From an uncultured Mycoplasmatota bacterium (GTDB lineage: Bacteria; Bacillota_I; Bacilli_A; RF39; UBA660), in assembly GCA_947572405.1 (NCBI GenBank), contig CANPBV010000002.1, forward strand, positions 1 to 38,256: a stretch of 38,256 nt of DNA, given 5' to 3'. The position numbers and the translations under genes are program-made. Within the stretch, counting starts at the first letter, position 1; every line of letters starts with the position of its first letter. The notes beneath the pieces were generated by a model. The model did no database searches, was not told the DNA's origin, and was given only the letters and a program-made list of their open reading frames with translations. Positions 26,617-36,110 of this stretch are shown here, piece by piece.

Positions 26617-28113
26617 ATGAGAACGAAAAAAGTTGTACTGAATTTTATTACAGATGTCTTGCCACAACTTATAATCGCTTTCTTAGGAATTTATAAAGTC
26701 AAAATATTTTTAAACATATTAGGAGAAAATTCACTAGGACTATATCAGTTATACTCACAAATAATAGCATATTTGATTCTTGCAGAAGGTGGAGTGGGGA
26801 CAGCAGTACTATTTAGATTATATAAGCCAGTTGAGAAAAAGGATCATAAAACTATAAATAAAATAATGGCAACAGCAAAAGTGCTTTTTCGGTATATAAC
26901 GTTGGTAATTATTATTTTAGGTATTATAATTTCATTATTTGTTAATTATTTTATAAAAGATTATGATGTTAATCGATTATATATTATATTGACTTTTATC
27001 ATTTTTCTATTTGGTGAAAGTATACTATATTTAACAGTCCCTGAAAAATGTAGGTTTGATGCAGATCAAAAAAAGTATATTTCCAATATAATATTTCAAA
27101 TAGGAGCCATTTTAAAATCTATATTAGAGATAGTATGTGTTATTCTTTTTAAAGATTTGTTAGCTATTTTAATATCAATATTGGTTGTTAACATAATAAC
27201 GAATATGGTATTTTATATAGTATATAAAAAATGTTATGGAAGAATAGAGACAAAAATAAAAAAAGATTATACCATTGTTAGGGATTCTAAACATTTATTT
27301 ATAAATACAATAGGAAATTTAATTGCAAATAATATAGATGTATTGATAATTTCTAAATTTTTAGGCTTTGGCTATGTAGTAATATATACGACTTATAATT
27401 ATATAGTTGATACTTTAAGAAAAATTTTGGAAAAAATTACAGGAGCAACGATGACTGGTATTGCAAGCGTTTTAAATAGTGATAAAGATAGAGCTTATGA
27501 CATTTTTTTAGAGTACAGTTCATTTACTTTTTTTATAGCTAATGTTATTTGTATTCCATTATTTTTCGTAATGAATTCATTTATTAAAATTTGGTATGAA
27601 AATGAAATATATACGAATGTTTTGCTTTCGGCTTTGTTTTCAGGCTGCTTATTTTATCAAATAATTAGAATTCCGCTTAAGACCTATACCTTTGCAGCAG
27701 GAGAATTTATAAAAATTAAAAAATATGTAATTTTTGAATGTATTGTGAATTTAACTTTGTCATTAATTCTAGTGAATTATATTGGAATAGCGGGAGTTTT
27801 AATTGCAACTTTAATATCCTTTATAACTTGTGATTATATTCCCAAATCATTGGTTATATTAAAAGATATTTTAAATACAAAAAGTAAGAAATATTATATT
27901 AATCATTTAAAATATGCTTTGATAATTATATTTGAAATTATACTTTTAAACTTTATCAAAATCGAATTAGGTAACATATTTACATGGCTTATTTTTTCCA
28001 TCATTATATTTATATTGATTTTACTGGTAACACTTTTATATTATCATGTATTAGGAGAAGATTTATTTTTAAAAAGATTTAATATCAAAAGAATTATGAA
28101 AAAGGAGAACTAA
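26617..28113 (+). CDS. wzx: Polysaccharide flippase (Wzx, MOP superfamily)
   Basis: 498 aa, about 12-14 TM helices, placed inside a glycosyltransferase operon. The assignment rests on topology and context. Confidence 0.7.
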   Translation: MRTKKVVLNFITDVLPQLIIAFLGIYKVKIFLNILGENSLGLYQLYSQIIAYLILAEGGVGTAVLFRLYKPVEKKDHKTINKIMATAKVLFRYITLVIIILGIIISLFVNYFIKDYDVNRLYIILTFIIFLFGESILYLTVPEKCRFDADQKKYISNIIFQIGAILKSILEIVCVILFKDLLAILISILVVNIITNMVFYIVYKKCYGRIETKIKKDYTIVRDSKHLFINTIGNLIANNIDVLIISKFLGFGYVVIYTTYNYIVDTLRKILEKITGATMTGIASVLNSDKDRAYDIFLEYSSFTFFIANVICIPLFFVMNSFIKIWYENEIYTNVLLSALFSGCLFYQIIRIPLKTYTFAAGEFIKIKKYVIFECIVNLTLSLILVNYIGIAGVLIATLISFITCDYIPKSLVILKDILNTKSKKYYINHLKYALIIIFEIILLNFIKIELGNIFTWLIFSIIIFILILLVTLLYYHVLGEDLFLKRFNIKRIMKKEN

Positions 28114-28114
28114 T

Positions 28115-29311
28115 ATGAGTAATAAAGTTTCAATAATTATGCCTACCTATAATGATTCTAATACTATAATTAGAACTTTAACTTCACTTTTAATACAAAC
28201 ATATAAAAATTGGGAATTAGTAATTGTAAATGACGGGTCAACAGATAATACAGCTACGATAATTAACGATTTTATTGATGAGAATCATTTATCTCATAAA
28301 ATTAAATATTTATATCAGGAAAATCAAGATCAATTAAATGCAATTAAAAATGGGCTAAATTATGCTAAAGGAGAATATCTTTATATATTGCATAGTGACG
28401 ATTTACTCCCTAATACTGTGTTTTTACAAAATTGTGTTGATTTTATGGATAAGCATTGTAATTGTGATGCAATTATAGGGGATTATATTATTATTGACAA
28501 AAATGATAATGTAACGAACATTTGGAAAACACCAAAGTATAGAAAAAAAAGAAGAATACCAGGCCATGTACTATTGAAAAATGGAGGAAATATTTATGGT
28601 GATGTTGCGTTTCACAGAAAAAAGATTTATGAAAAATACGTTAAAGCCAATTATTTAGATTGGAATACTCCATTTTGGTTAGATTTTTCAGAAAATCAAG
28701 TGAAAATGTTAAATGTATGCAAAATGAAATTTCCAATCTTAAAGTATAGACTAGATGGTACAAATTATAATACAAACGAGATAGGAAAACATAATGTTTT
28801 AAATGGTGAATTAAGGACTATGACAAATATTATGAAGTATTATAATATACCATTATTTCGATTACAGCAATTCTTTTATAATTTATTTAGGAGAAGATAT
28901 ATACGAAACTTAAGATTATCCCCATATATACCATTGATTTACTTTAATGGAGAACAAAAAGGAAAAGATCAAATATTAGACAAAGCCATTAAAAGGGTAT
29001 ATCCTAATGGATATTCTAATAATTTATGGTTAAGCTCTTTGGTCACTTTTTATTCTAAAAAAAGTGATAGAAAAATATTTGTGGAAGAGGTAAAAACGGA
29101 AGATGTTTTAATAGGAAGTGATTTGCGCAAATTTACAAAATTGTTGTTTGAAGGGAGTTTGCCTAAAATTTATTATATGTTATTTGATGAAATGAAGAAT
29201 GGCTTTAATACAATTGTTGTAAAAAGTGATAAAATGAAATCTAATTTAGAAGACATTGTAAAATTTTTATGTATTGGAAATGATGTAAAAGTAATTATAA
29301 GAAAGAAGTGA
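28115..29311 (+). CDS. GT2 family glycosyltransferase
   Basis: VSIIMPTYNDSNTI, LVIVNDGSTDNT, ILHSDD (DxD-type). Confidence 0.8.
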   Translation: MSNKVSIIMPTYNDSNTIIRTLTSLLIQTYKNWELVIVNDGSTDNTATIINDFIDENHLSHKIKYLYQENQDQLNAIKNGLNYAKGEYLYILHSDDLLPNTVFLQNCVDFMDKHCNCDAIIGDYIIIDKNDNVTNIWKTPKYRKKRRIPGHVLLKNGGNIYGDVAFHRKKIYEKYVKANYLDWNTPFWLDFSENQVKMLNVCKMKFPILKYRLDGTNYNTNEIGKHNVLNGELRTMTNIMKYYNIPLFRLQQFFYNLFRRRYIRNLRLSPYIPLIYFNGEQKGKDQILDKAIKRVYPNGYSNNLWLSSLVTFYSKKSDRKIFVEEVKTEDVLIGSDLRKFTKLLFEGSLPKIYYMLFDEMKNGFNTIVVKSDKMKSNLEDIVKFLCIGNDVKVIIRKK

Positions 29312-29315
29312 TTGA

Positions 29316-30026
29316 ATGCAAATTCCTAAGATAATTCATTATGTGTGGATGGGGAAAAAGCCAAAACCTAAAAAGATCGAAAAATGTATAAAAACTTGGG
29401 AAAAAAAGTTGAAAGATTATGAAATTATTGAATGGAATGAATCTAATTTTGATATAAATTCTCATCCATTTGTAAAAAAAGCCTATCAGGAAAAAAAATG
29501 GGCATTCGTGAGTGATTATGTTCGGGCCTGGGCTATCTATAATCAAGGGGGAATATATTTAGATACAGATGTTTATGTAATTGATTCATTAGATGAATTG
29601 CTTGATAATGAGGCATTTGTTGGCTATGAAGCTCCAAATTATCCCTTTACAGCTGTATTTGGGGCAGTAAAAAAACATCCATTTGTAAAAGACATGTTAG
29701 ATTATTATGATTCATTGGATCATTATAGTTTTAATTTTGAAGATAATAATACTTTATCAGTATCAAAATTATTGATAGAAAAATATGAGTGCAAGATTGG
29801 AAATATAGAACAACTACTAAAGACTGGAATCAAGGTGTATAAGGATGATGTATTGTGTAACCCATCTGAACATTCTAAAACTGTACATTTATTTTTCGGA
29901 AGTTGGACTGGAAAAAACAATTTTGAACGAAAGAAACACGAGTTTTTAAGATCTAAATTGAGTAATAAATTTAATATTAAATTGTATTGCACATATAGAA
30001 ATATCAAAAAATTTTTTCGGAGATAG
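29316..30026 (+). CDS. GT32-like glycosyltransferase (Gly_transf_sug / OCH1-type DXD)
   Basis: IPKIIHYVWMG N-terminus, SDYVRAWAIYNQGGIYLDTDV. Confidence 0.75.
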   Translation: MQIPKIIHYVWMGKKPKPKKIEKCIKTWEKKLKDYEIIEWNESNFDINSHPFVKKAYQEKKWAFVSDYVRAWAIYNQGGIYLDTDVYVIDSLDELLDNEAFVGYEAPNYPFTAVFGAVKKHPFVKDMLDYYDSLDHYSFNFEDNNTLSVSKLLIEKYECKIGNIEQLLKTGIKVYKDDVLCNPSEHSKTVHLFFGSWTGKNNFERKKHEFLRSKLSNKFNIKLYCTYRNIKKFFRR

Positions 30027-30029
30027 AAT

Positions 30030-30201
30030 ATGACAAATAGGGGAATTCTCTTAAAGGAATCCTAATTATATTGGTTGTGATAGGACATGTTTGCTTCTCT
30101 TTAAACTTTCCATTTTTTGTATCTATGATATTGATATAGCATTTATTTTCTTAATTTTCTATTCGTGTGGCTATTTTTTAAAAAACTATAAGGATAATTA
30201 A
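30030..30201 (+). pseudogene. Remnant of the 5-prime end of an acyltransferase-3 family gene, broken over three frames
   Basis: Hand translation gives MTNRGILLKES* (30030-30065), GILIILVVIGHVCFSLNFPFFVSMILI* (30056-30139) and AFIFLIFYSCGYFLKNYKDN* (30139-30201). Together they resemble the LLKGIxIxLVVxGH...FFxSGYF N-terminus of O-acyltransferases. The remaining ~270 codons are absent. Confidence 0.5.
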
Positions 30202-30277
30202 TATTAATCGTTTTTCTTTTATGGCTTTTCATCAAAAATAAAATGTTAAATAAAATCTTTGTTGGTTAGGAGGAAGT

Positions 30278-31243
30278 ATGAAAATATCTACAATTATACC
30301 AGTTTATAACACTTCCAAATATTTAAAAAAATGTATAGATAGTATTATTAACCAATCTATTGGGTTCCAAAATATAGAATTAATTATGATAAATGATGGC
30401 TCAACAGATAATAGTGAACAAATTATCAAAGAGTATCAGTCTAGGTACGATAATATTAAATATATATATCAAAAAAATAGCGGACAAGCTTCTGCAAGAA
30501 ATAAAGGACTTGATATTGCAACGGGAGAATATATATCTTTTGTTGATAGTGATGATTGGATTGATCAGGATATGTATGTAGAACTTTATCATTCCGCTAT
30601 CAGTGCAAATTATGATATCGTTACATGTGATTATACCTTTATCAAAGGTGACAAAAAAGAATATGTATCATTTGATTTTATACCTGATAGTAATAAAAAT
30701 TTTATCGTGATGAACACGGGTCCGTGTAATATGATTATCAAAAAAGCCTTTCTAGAAACAGAAAAGTTTGAATTTCCAGTGGGAATTATTTATGAAGATT
30801 TAGCGTCTATTCCTTCATTGGGAATAGATGCTAACATAATGCATTTAAAACAATCATTTTATAATTATTTGGTACGAGAAAATTCTACAATGAATAAAAA
30901 AAGCTATTCTTCAAAAATGGAAGATATATTTTTATCCTTAGAAAATTTATATACCATATTTCAAACCAAAGATTCCAAAAATGATTATCGTGAAGAACTA
31001 GAATTTTTATACATAAGGCGCTTAATGATGAGCGCAAGTTTAAGATTTATTTCCTATGGTGATCCAAACCAATGTATCAAAAGGATAAAAAAAGAAATCC
31101 AATTAAAATTTCCAAATTGGAGAAAAAATAAATATTATCGAAAGTTATCCTTTAAACAAAGAATAGTAGCACTTTTGACTTTTTATCAGCAAAGAAAAAT
31201 TTTACATATATTATATGATATTAATAATAGGAGGAAGATATGA
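30278..31243 (+). CDS. GT2 family glycosyltransferase
   Basis: ISTIIPVYNTSKYL, LIMINDGSTDNS, SFVDSDD. SD aggagg upstream. Confidence 0.85.
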   Translation: MKISTIIPVYNTSKYLKKCIDSIINQSIGFQNIELIMINDGSTDNSEQIIKEYQSRYDNIKYIYQKNSGQASARNKGLDIATGEYISFVDSDDWIDQDMYVELYHSAISANYDIVTCDYTFIKGDKKEYVSFDFIPDSNKNFIVMNTGPCNMIIKKAFLETEKFEFPVGIIYEDLASIPSLGIDANIMHLKQSFYNYLVRENSTMNKKSYSSKMEDIFLSLENLYTIFQTKDSKNDYREELEFLYIRRLMMSASLRFISYGDPNQCIKRIKKEIQLKFPNWRKNKYYRKLSFKQRIVALLTFYQQRKILHILYDINNRRKI

Positions 31244-32376
31244 AGTATTTAGTAATAGCACCTGGATATCCAAGCGAAGAAAATAAATACAATAATGGTT
31301 TTGTACATGGTAGGGTAAAACTTTACCTAGAAAGAAAATTGGATATTACAGTGTTTAGTTATACATCGGGGGACTTGAATGAATATGAATATGAGGGAGT
31401 AAAAGTATATACTGGTGGAAAAGATGCTTACATTCAATTTTTAAAGCAACATCAATTTGATAAGTACCTAATTCATTTTGGATACAAAAGAATTTTGAAA
31501 CCACTGATTCATATATATCCAAGTGCCGAAATTATTATGTGGGTTCATGGAGCAGAAGCACTAGGATGGTATCGTAGATTATTTGCTTTTAATCCTAGAA
31601 AGCCATACAGATTTTTAGGTTATATATTGCTTGATACAATACAATTAAGATATCTTCACAATTTTATTATGAAAAATTATAATGTTACCTTTGTATTTGT
31701 TTCGGAATGGATGAAAAACATATTGGAAAAAGACTCCCATACTGTTGGAAAAATTAAAAAATATGAAATTATTCCTAACGTGATTAATGATAAGATATTC
31801 CAATATCATAAAAAAACTGCGAATGATCGGTTTCATGTCCTCAGTATCAGGACGTATCAATCCAAGAAATATGCTAATGATTTATCAGTAAAAGCAATAT
31901 TAGAATTATCAAAAGAACCGTTTTTTGATCAATTGACATTTACCTTATATGGCGATGGGAGATTATTCGAAAAAACATTAAAGCCATTGCGTCAATTTAA
32001 AAATGTAAACATTCATAAAAAGTTTTTAAACCATCATGAGATAAGCGAAGTACATAGGCAAAATGGAATTATGTTGATTCCAACGCGTCAGGATGCCCAA
32101 GGAGTATCTATGTGTGAAGCCATGATGAGTGGATTAGTTCCAGTTACCTCAAATAATACAGCAATACCAGAATATTTGCCAATTGATTGTGGTTATTTAG
32201 CAAATAACTATCATGAGCTTGCCAAAGCCATAAAAGAAATGTATTATAACCAAGAAGAATTTTTAAAGAGATCAGAAAATGCACATCATTTTATTCTGAA
32301 AAAATGTTCTTCAAAAATAATAATGGATAAGGAATTAGAGGTAATCAAAAGTGCAAGAAACAATTCTCAGAAATAA
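31240..32376 (+). CDS. GT4-type (Glycos_transf_1) glycosyltransferase
   Basis: C-terminal ExxGxxxxEAMxxGxPV-type block (DAQGVSMCEAMMSGLVPVTSNN). ATGA overlap with the upstream gene. Confidence 0.78.
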   Translation: MKYLVIAPGYPSEENKYNNGFVHGRVKLYLERKLDITVFSYTSGDLNEYEYEGVKVYTGGKDAYIQFLKQHQFDKYLIHFGYKRILKPLIHIYPSAEIIMWVHGAEALGWYRRLFAFNPRKPYRFLGYILLDTIQLRYLHNFIMKNYNVTFVFVSEWMKNILEKDSHTVGKIKKYEIIPNVINDKIFQYHKKTANDRFHVLSIRTYQSKKYANDLSVKAILELSKEPFFDQLTFTLYGDGRLFEKTLKPLRQFKNVNIHKKFLNHHEISEVHRQNGIMLIPTRQDAQGVSMCEAMMSGLVPVTSNNTAIPEYLPIDCGYLANNYHELAKAIKEMYYNQEEFLKRSENAHHFILKKCSSKIIMDKELEVIKSARNNSQK

Positions 32377-33325
32377 AAAGAGTTTACTTTTAATTATAAT
32401 GGCATTCATTTTTATCATTATAATGTTATCCTTATCACATTGCTTATTGATTCATTTTAATCATTTAAAACAGAGGAATTATGGTAAAACGATTGATGGC
32501 CCGATAAAAGATTTTTTAGACATAAAACCAGAAATATATGTACCAATAGTTCCAAATGAGGAACCAGAACCACCAGCAATTGAGATTCCATTACATGAAC
32601 GTGCTAACAGCATTCCCATTTTAGCTTATCATAGTTTTATGTGGAAACAAGATAGGCAAAAATATGCCAAAGATGATAAGTACACAATGAATATAGAGGA
32701 TTTTGATGAACAATTAAATTATTTATATCAGAATGGTTATCATACTATTGATTATAGGGAATTGTATCAGTGGCTAAAAGGAGAAATTGAACTTGACAAC
32801 AAAAGTTTTATGATAACAATAGATGATGGAAATATATCTGCATATCATCTTGCTCTTCCTGTAATTGAAAAATATAATTACAGTGCTATTATATTTGTAA
32901 TAGTAGGACGATTAAAACCCACATCAATTGCATATGATCCACAAACAGTAGGTTTTTTTGGAGATGATATTGTAAAAGATATAGAAGATCATCATAAGGC
33001 AATTACATTAGGATCCCATTCAACCTATTTACATGCAACAATTGATGGGAAAAATCCAATGGAGGTTTTGTCATATGAGGACTTATTAAATGACTTATCG
33101 GTTTCCAAACAAAGATTGAACACAGATGTTTTTGCATATCCTTTTGGAATGTATAATGAAGCCTATTTAAATGCAACTAAAAATGCAGGCTTTAAAATGG
33201 CTTTTACGTTTAAACCTTCTGGAAGAGCAAGAAGGACAAACGGAGTATATGAAATACCAAGGATAAATATAAACTCAGAAGTATCATTTAGAAAGTTTAA
33301 AAGATTAGTCGAAACGGATTGGTAG
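32351..33325 (+). CDS. Membrane-anchored polysaccharide deacetylase (NodB homology domain)
   Basis: N-terminal TM helix, NodB motif 1 ITIDDGN, and the histidine motif LGSHSTYLH. The GTG start at 32351 is uncertain. Confidence 0.78.
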   Translation: MQETILRNKKSLLLIIMAFIFIIIMLSLSHCLLIHFNHLKQRNYGKTIDGPIKDFLDIKPEIYVPIVPNEEPEPPAIEIPLHERANSIPILAYHSFMWKQDRQKYAKDDKYTMNIEDFDEQLNYLYQNGYHTIDYRELYQWLKGEIELDNKSFMITIDDGNISAYHLALPVIEKYNYSAIIFVIVGRLKPTSIAYDPQTVGFFGDDIVKDIEDHHKAITLGSHSTYLHATIDGKNPMEVLSYEDLLNDLSVSKQRLNTDVFAYPFGMYNEAYLNATKNAGFKMAFTFKPSGRARRTNGVYEIPRININSEVSFRKFKRLVETDW

Positions 33326-33338
33326 AAGGAGATAAAAG

Positions 33339-34442
33339 ATGGTAAAAGTAATGACAGTATTTGGCACAAGGCCAGAAGCCATAAAAATGGCCCCTTTGGT
33401 GAAAGAATTAAAGACCAGAAAGGAAATAGAGACCATTGTATGTGTGACTGCACAACATAGGGAAATGTTAGATCAGGTGTTAGAAGCATTTGACATTAAG
33501 CCAGATTATGATTTAAATATTATGAAACAGGGACAAACCTTGGCGGATGTGACAACAAGGGCCTTACAGGGACTAGAAAAGGTAATCAAAGAGACGAATC
33601 CTGATATAGTACTTGTCCATGGAGATACAACAACTACATTCGCAGGAGCTTTGGCTGCTTTTTATAATAGTGTTTCGATTGGGCATGTAGAAGCTGGACT
33701 TAGAACATGGGATAAATATTCCCCGTATCCAGAAGAAATGAACCGACAAATGGTTGGATGTATGGCTGATATGCATTTTTCCCCAACAATCGTAAGTGCA
33801 GAAAATTTATTAAATGAAGGAAAGAAAAAGGAAAATATTTATATTACAGGAAACACAGCCATTGATGCCATGAAAACAACGGTAAGAAAAGATTATCAAC
33901 ATGAAGTATTGGATTGGGCTAAAGATAGTAAAATGATTTTATTGACTGCCCATAGAAGAGAAAATCTTGGAGATCCAATGTTTCACATATTTAAAGCCGT
34001 AAAAAGAATCGTGGATGAATTTCCAGATATCAAAGTGATTTATCCAATTCATCTGAACCCTAAAGTGAGAGAAATTGCCAGAGAAGTTTTAAAAAATTGT
34101 GATAGGGTTAAATTAATTGAACCGTTAGAAGTAGTTGATTTTCATAACTTTATTAATCAGTCCTATATTATTTTAACGGATAGTGGAGGAATTCAAGAAG
34201 AAGCTCCTTCACTTGGAAAACCTGTGTTAGTTCTTAGAGATACCACAGAGCGTCCGGAAGGGATTACTGCAGGGACATTAAAACTAGTTGGGACAGAGGA
34301 AGAAAATATTTATAATGAAACAAAAGTATTACTTACTGATAAAGCTGAATATGAAAAAATGAGTCGTGCAAGCAATCCCTATGGGGATGGAGAAGCTAGT
34401 AAACGTATAGTGGATGCAATTATGGAAAGATTTTCAAAATAA
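33339..34442 (+). CDS. mnaA: UDP-N-acetylglucosamine 2-epimerase (non-hydrolysing)
   Basis: FGTRPEAIKMAP, HGDTTT, HVEAGLRT, DSGGIQEEAPSLGKPVLVLRDTTERPE. SD aaggag 7 nt upstream. Confidence 0.92.
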   Translation: MVKVMTVFGTRPEAIKMAPLVKELKTRKEIETIVCVTAQHREMLDQVLEAFDIKPDYDLNIMKQGQTLADVTTRALQGLEKVIKETNPDIVLVHGDTTTTFAGALAAFYNSVSIGHVEAGLRTWDKYSPYPEEMNRQMVGCMADMHFSPTIVSAENLLNEGKKKENIYITGNTAIDAMKTTVRKDYQHEVLDWAKDSKMILLTAHRRENLGDPMFHIFKAVKRIVDEFPDIKVIYPIHLNPKVREIAREVLKNCDRVKLIEPLEVVDFHNFINQSYIILTDSGGIQEEAPSLGKPVLVLRDTTERPEGITAGTLKLVGTEEENIYNETKVLLTDKAEYEKMSRASNPYGDGEASKRIVDAIMERFSK

Positions 34443-34452
34443 GGAGAAATCA

Positions 34453-35430
34453 ATGAAAGTAATTGCGTATGACTTTGATGGAACCATCTATGATGGAGAT
34501 TCTTCCATTGATTTTTATAAATTTTGTTTAAAAAAGAAAAAAAGCATTTGTAAATATTGGCCGAGGCAATTATGGTTTTTCGTACTTTATATTTTGGGCA
34601 TAAAAACAAAAACAGAAATGAAAGAGGTATTCTTTTGTTTTTTGAAAGATTTTAAAAATCAAGAACAACTAATAAAAGAGTTTTGGGAAATTCATTATAA
34701 AAAGATGAAAAATTGGTATTTAGAAAAAAAGCATTCTGATGATATTATTATTTCGGCTTCTCCAGAATTTTTATTAGAGATTCCTTGTCAAAAGTTAAAG
34801 GTAAAGGATTGTATTGCTTCTGTAGTAGATCAAAAAACAGGAAAGTTTTTAAGAGAAAACTGTCATGGAGAAGAAAAAGTAAAAAGATTAAAAGAAAAAT
34901 ATAAAAATGTAATCGTTGCAGAAATGTATACAGATAGTAGTGTAGACTTACCTATGATTGAATTATCTAATAAAGGTTTCAAAGTAAAAAAAGATAATAT
35001 AATTCCTTATTATGATTATCAGGAAACGACCTTTGAAAAAATAAAACATACCTTTTTTACTCCAACGTTTATTCGTTTTGTTCTTGTAGGTTGCTTAAAT
35101 ACTTTTAATGGTGTATTATTTTCTTTTTTGTATTCTTTACTGATTGAAAATGCAACATTGGCTTTTGCTATAGGATATATCACTAGCCTAACTATTTCTT
35201 ACTTATTAAATAGTTATATTACATTTCGTGATAAGTATTTAACATTTTCAAAATTTATGAAATTTTGTATTTCCTATATTCCAAATTTCTTGATTCAATT
35301 ACTTTGCGTTTATATAATTACTAATATATTAGGATTATATAAATTGATTGCTTATATGATAGCTGCTATTATAGGGATCCCAATTACTTATTTGGCTTTG
35401 TTATTACTTCCATTTAAAAAAAAGAAATAA
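34453..35430 (+). CDS. Fusion protein: HAD-superfamily phosphatase domain + C-terminal GtrA-like four-TM domain
   Basis: HAD motif I AYDFDGTIYDGDS, motif II ISASP, a Lys-rich cap, motif IV YTDSSVDLPM. FIRFVLVGCLNTFNGVLFSFLY and three more TM helices follow (GtrA pattern). I prefer the ATG at 34453 (SD aaggag) to the track start at 34414. Confidence 0.75.
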   Translation: MKVIAYDFDGTIYDGDSSIDFYKFCLKKKKSICKYWPRQLWFFVLYILGIKTKTEMKEVFFCFLKDFKNQEQLIKEFWEIHYKKMKNWYLEKKHSDDIIISASPEFLLEIPCQKLKVKDCIASVVDQKTGKFLRENCHGEEKVKRLKEKYKNVIVAEMYTDSSVDLPMIELSNKGFKVKKDNIIPYYDYQETTFEKIKHTFFTPTFIRFVLVGCLNTFNGVLFSFLYSLLIENATLAFAIGYITSLTISYLLNSYITFRDKYLTFSKFMKFCISYIPNFLIQLLCVYIITNILGLYKLIAYMIAAIIGIPITYLALLLLPFKKKK

Positions 35431-35468
35431 ATTTAAAATATTGCATATAATATATTGATTTCAGCAAT

Positions 35469-35497
35469 TTGACATTCTATTTTAAATATGGTAGAAT
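35469..35497 (+). promoter_or_regulatory. Near-consensus sigma-A promoter driving the noncoding region
   Basis: -35 TTGACA (35469-35474), exactly 17 nt of spacer, TGg extension, -10 TAGAAT (35492-35497). Confidence 0.6.
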
Positions 35498-35504
35498 GTT
35501 GATT

Positions 35505-36110
35505 GTAAATTGAAATGGCACATTATTCTAGTCAATTTCGTTTATTATGAGGGTGGCCCTAAAAAGTCACTAAAGAGCATATCTGTGAAACTTCTTGTGC
35601 TTGCTTCTTACGCCCAGTTTGGGGTGAGTGCTGGGAGGGATAGATGATTGGGCAACTGTAATGGCATACAGGAAAACCGACCCACCATCTTGGAGACCTA
35701 ATCTTGTTATTTCCCTATACACGAAAGTTGATGGAGAAGTGACGACTTAGGATTAAACCTACTATGTGATGATAAGTTACGAGTAGTGTAGCTTGTCCTG
35801 AGTGAGTATTTGGGGATTATTGAACAGCTTTTATTTGAATGGCCAACCAAATAAAAGAATTGCAATATGAAACAATACTTGCAAAAAGGAACTAATAATA
35901 AACAGAGTTGTCGAGGAAATCTCCTAGAGTGTCTATTTATATAGGATTGCAGTGCGTACTCAGTGGCAATCAAGTCATATATTCGGTGACGATATATTTA
36001 CTTCTATAATGGGGAACCCCTCTTCTGGTAACGGGAGAGTTTGAAGTAAGGGAAATCCTACTTGACCTTAAGACGCAAAGTTTACTATATAGATAGCCAT
36101 TTTTTTTGTA
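35505..36110 (+). ncRNA. Large (~600 nt) structured noncoding RNA candidate, OLE-like
   Basis: No forward ORF lies between 35431 and 36126. By hand count, G+C for 35581-36060 is 191/480 (about 40 percent), against 18-32 percent in sampled coding lines. Verified hairpins: a 10-bp perfect stem 35828-35837/35848-35857 and a 6-bp stem 35945-35950/35966-35971. There are many G/C-rich blocks (gggtggccc, ggggtgagtgctgggaggg, cgacccacc, ggggaacccc). A consensus promoter lies upstream and an OapA-like gene lies directly downstream in the same orientation. Both ends are approximate. Confidence 0.6.

Noticed and set aside
35707-35973. 88-aa ORF on the minus strand inside the noncoding region
   Set aside because: It has no SD. 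Its composition (rich in S/R/C/L/Y) is unlike the other proteins of this genome. It lies antisense to a promoter-driven, GC-enriched, hairpin-rich region, so it is best explained as a chance ORF within a structured RNA gene.
35505-36110. Alternative identities for the large RNA: RNase P RNA, tmRNA, SRP RNA, group II intron
   Set aside because: The RNase P hallmark GAGGAAAGTCC is absent (the closest match is gaggaaatctcc). I could find no tRNA-like 3-prime end or tag reading frame for tmRNA. The region is far too long for SRP or 6S RNA. I saw no intron-encoded protein and no recognisable domain V. These exclusions were made by eye only and should be confirmed with covariance models.
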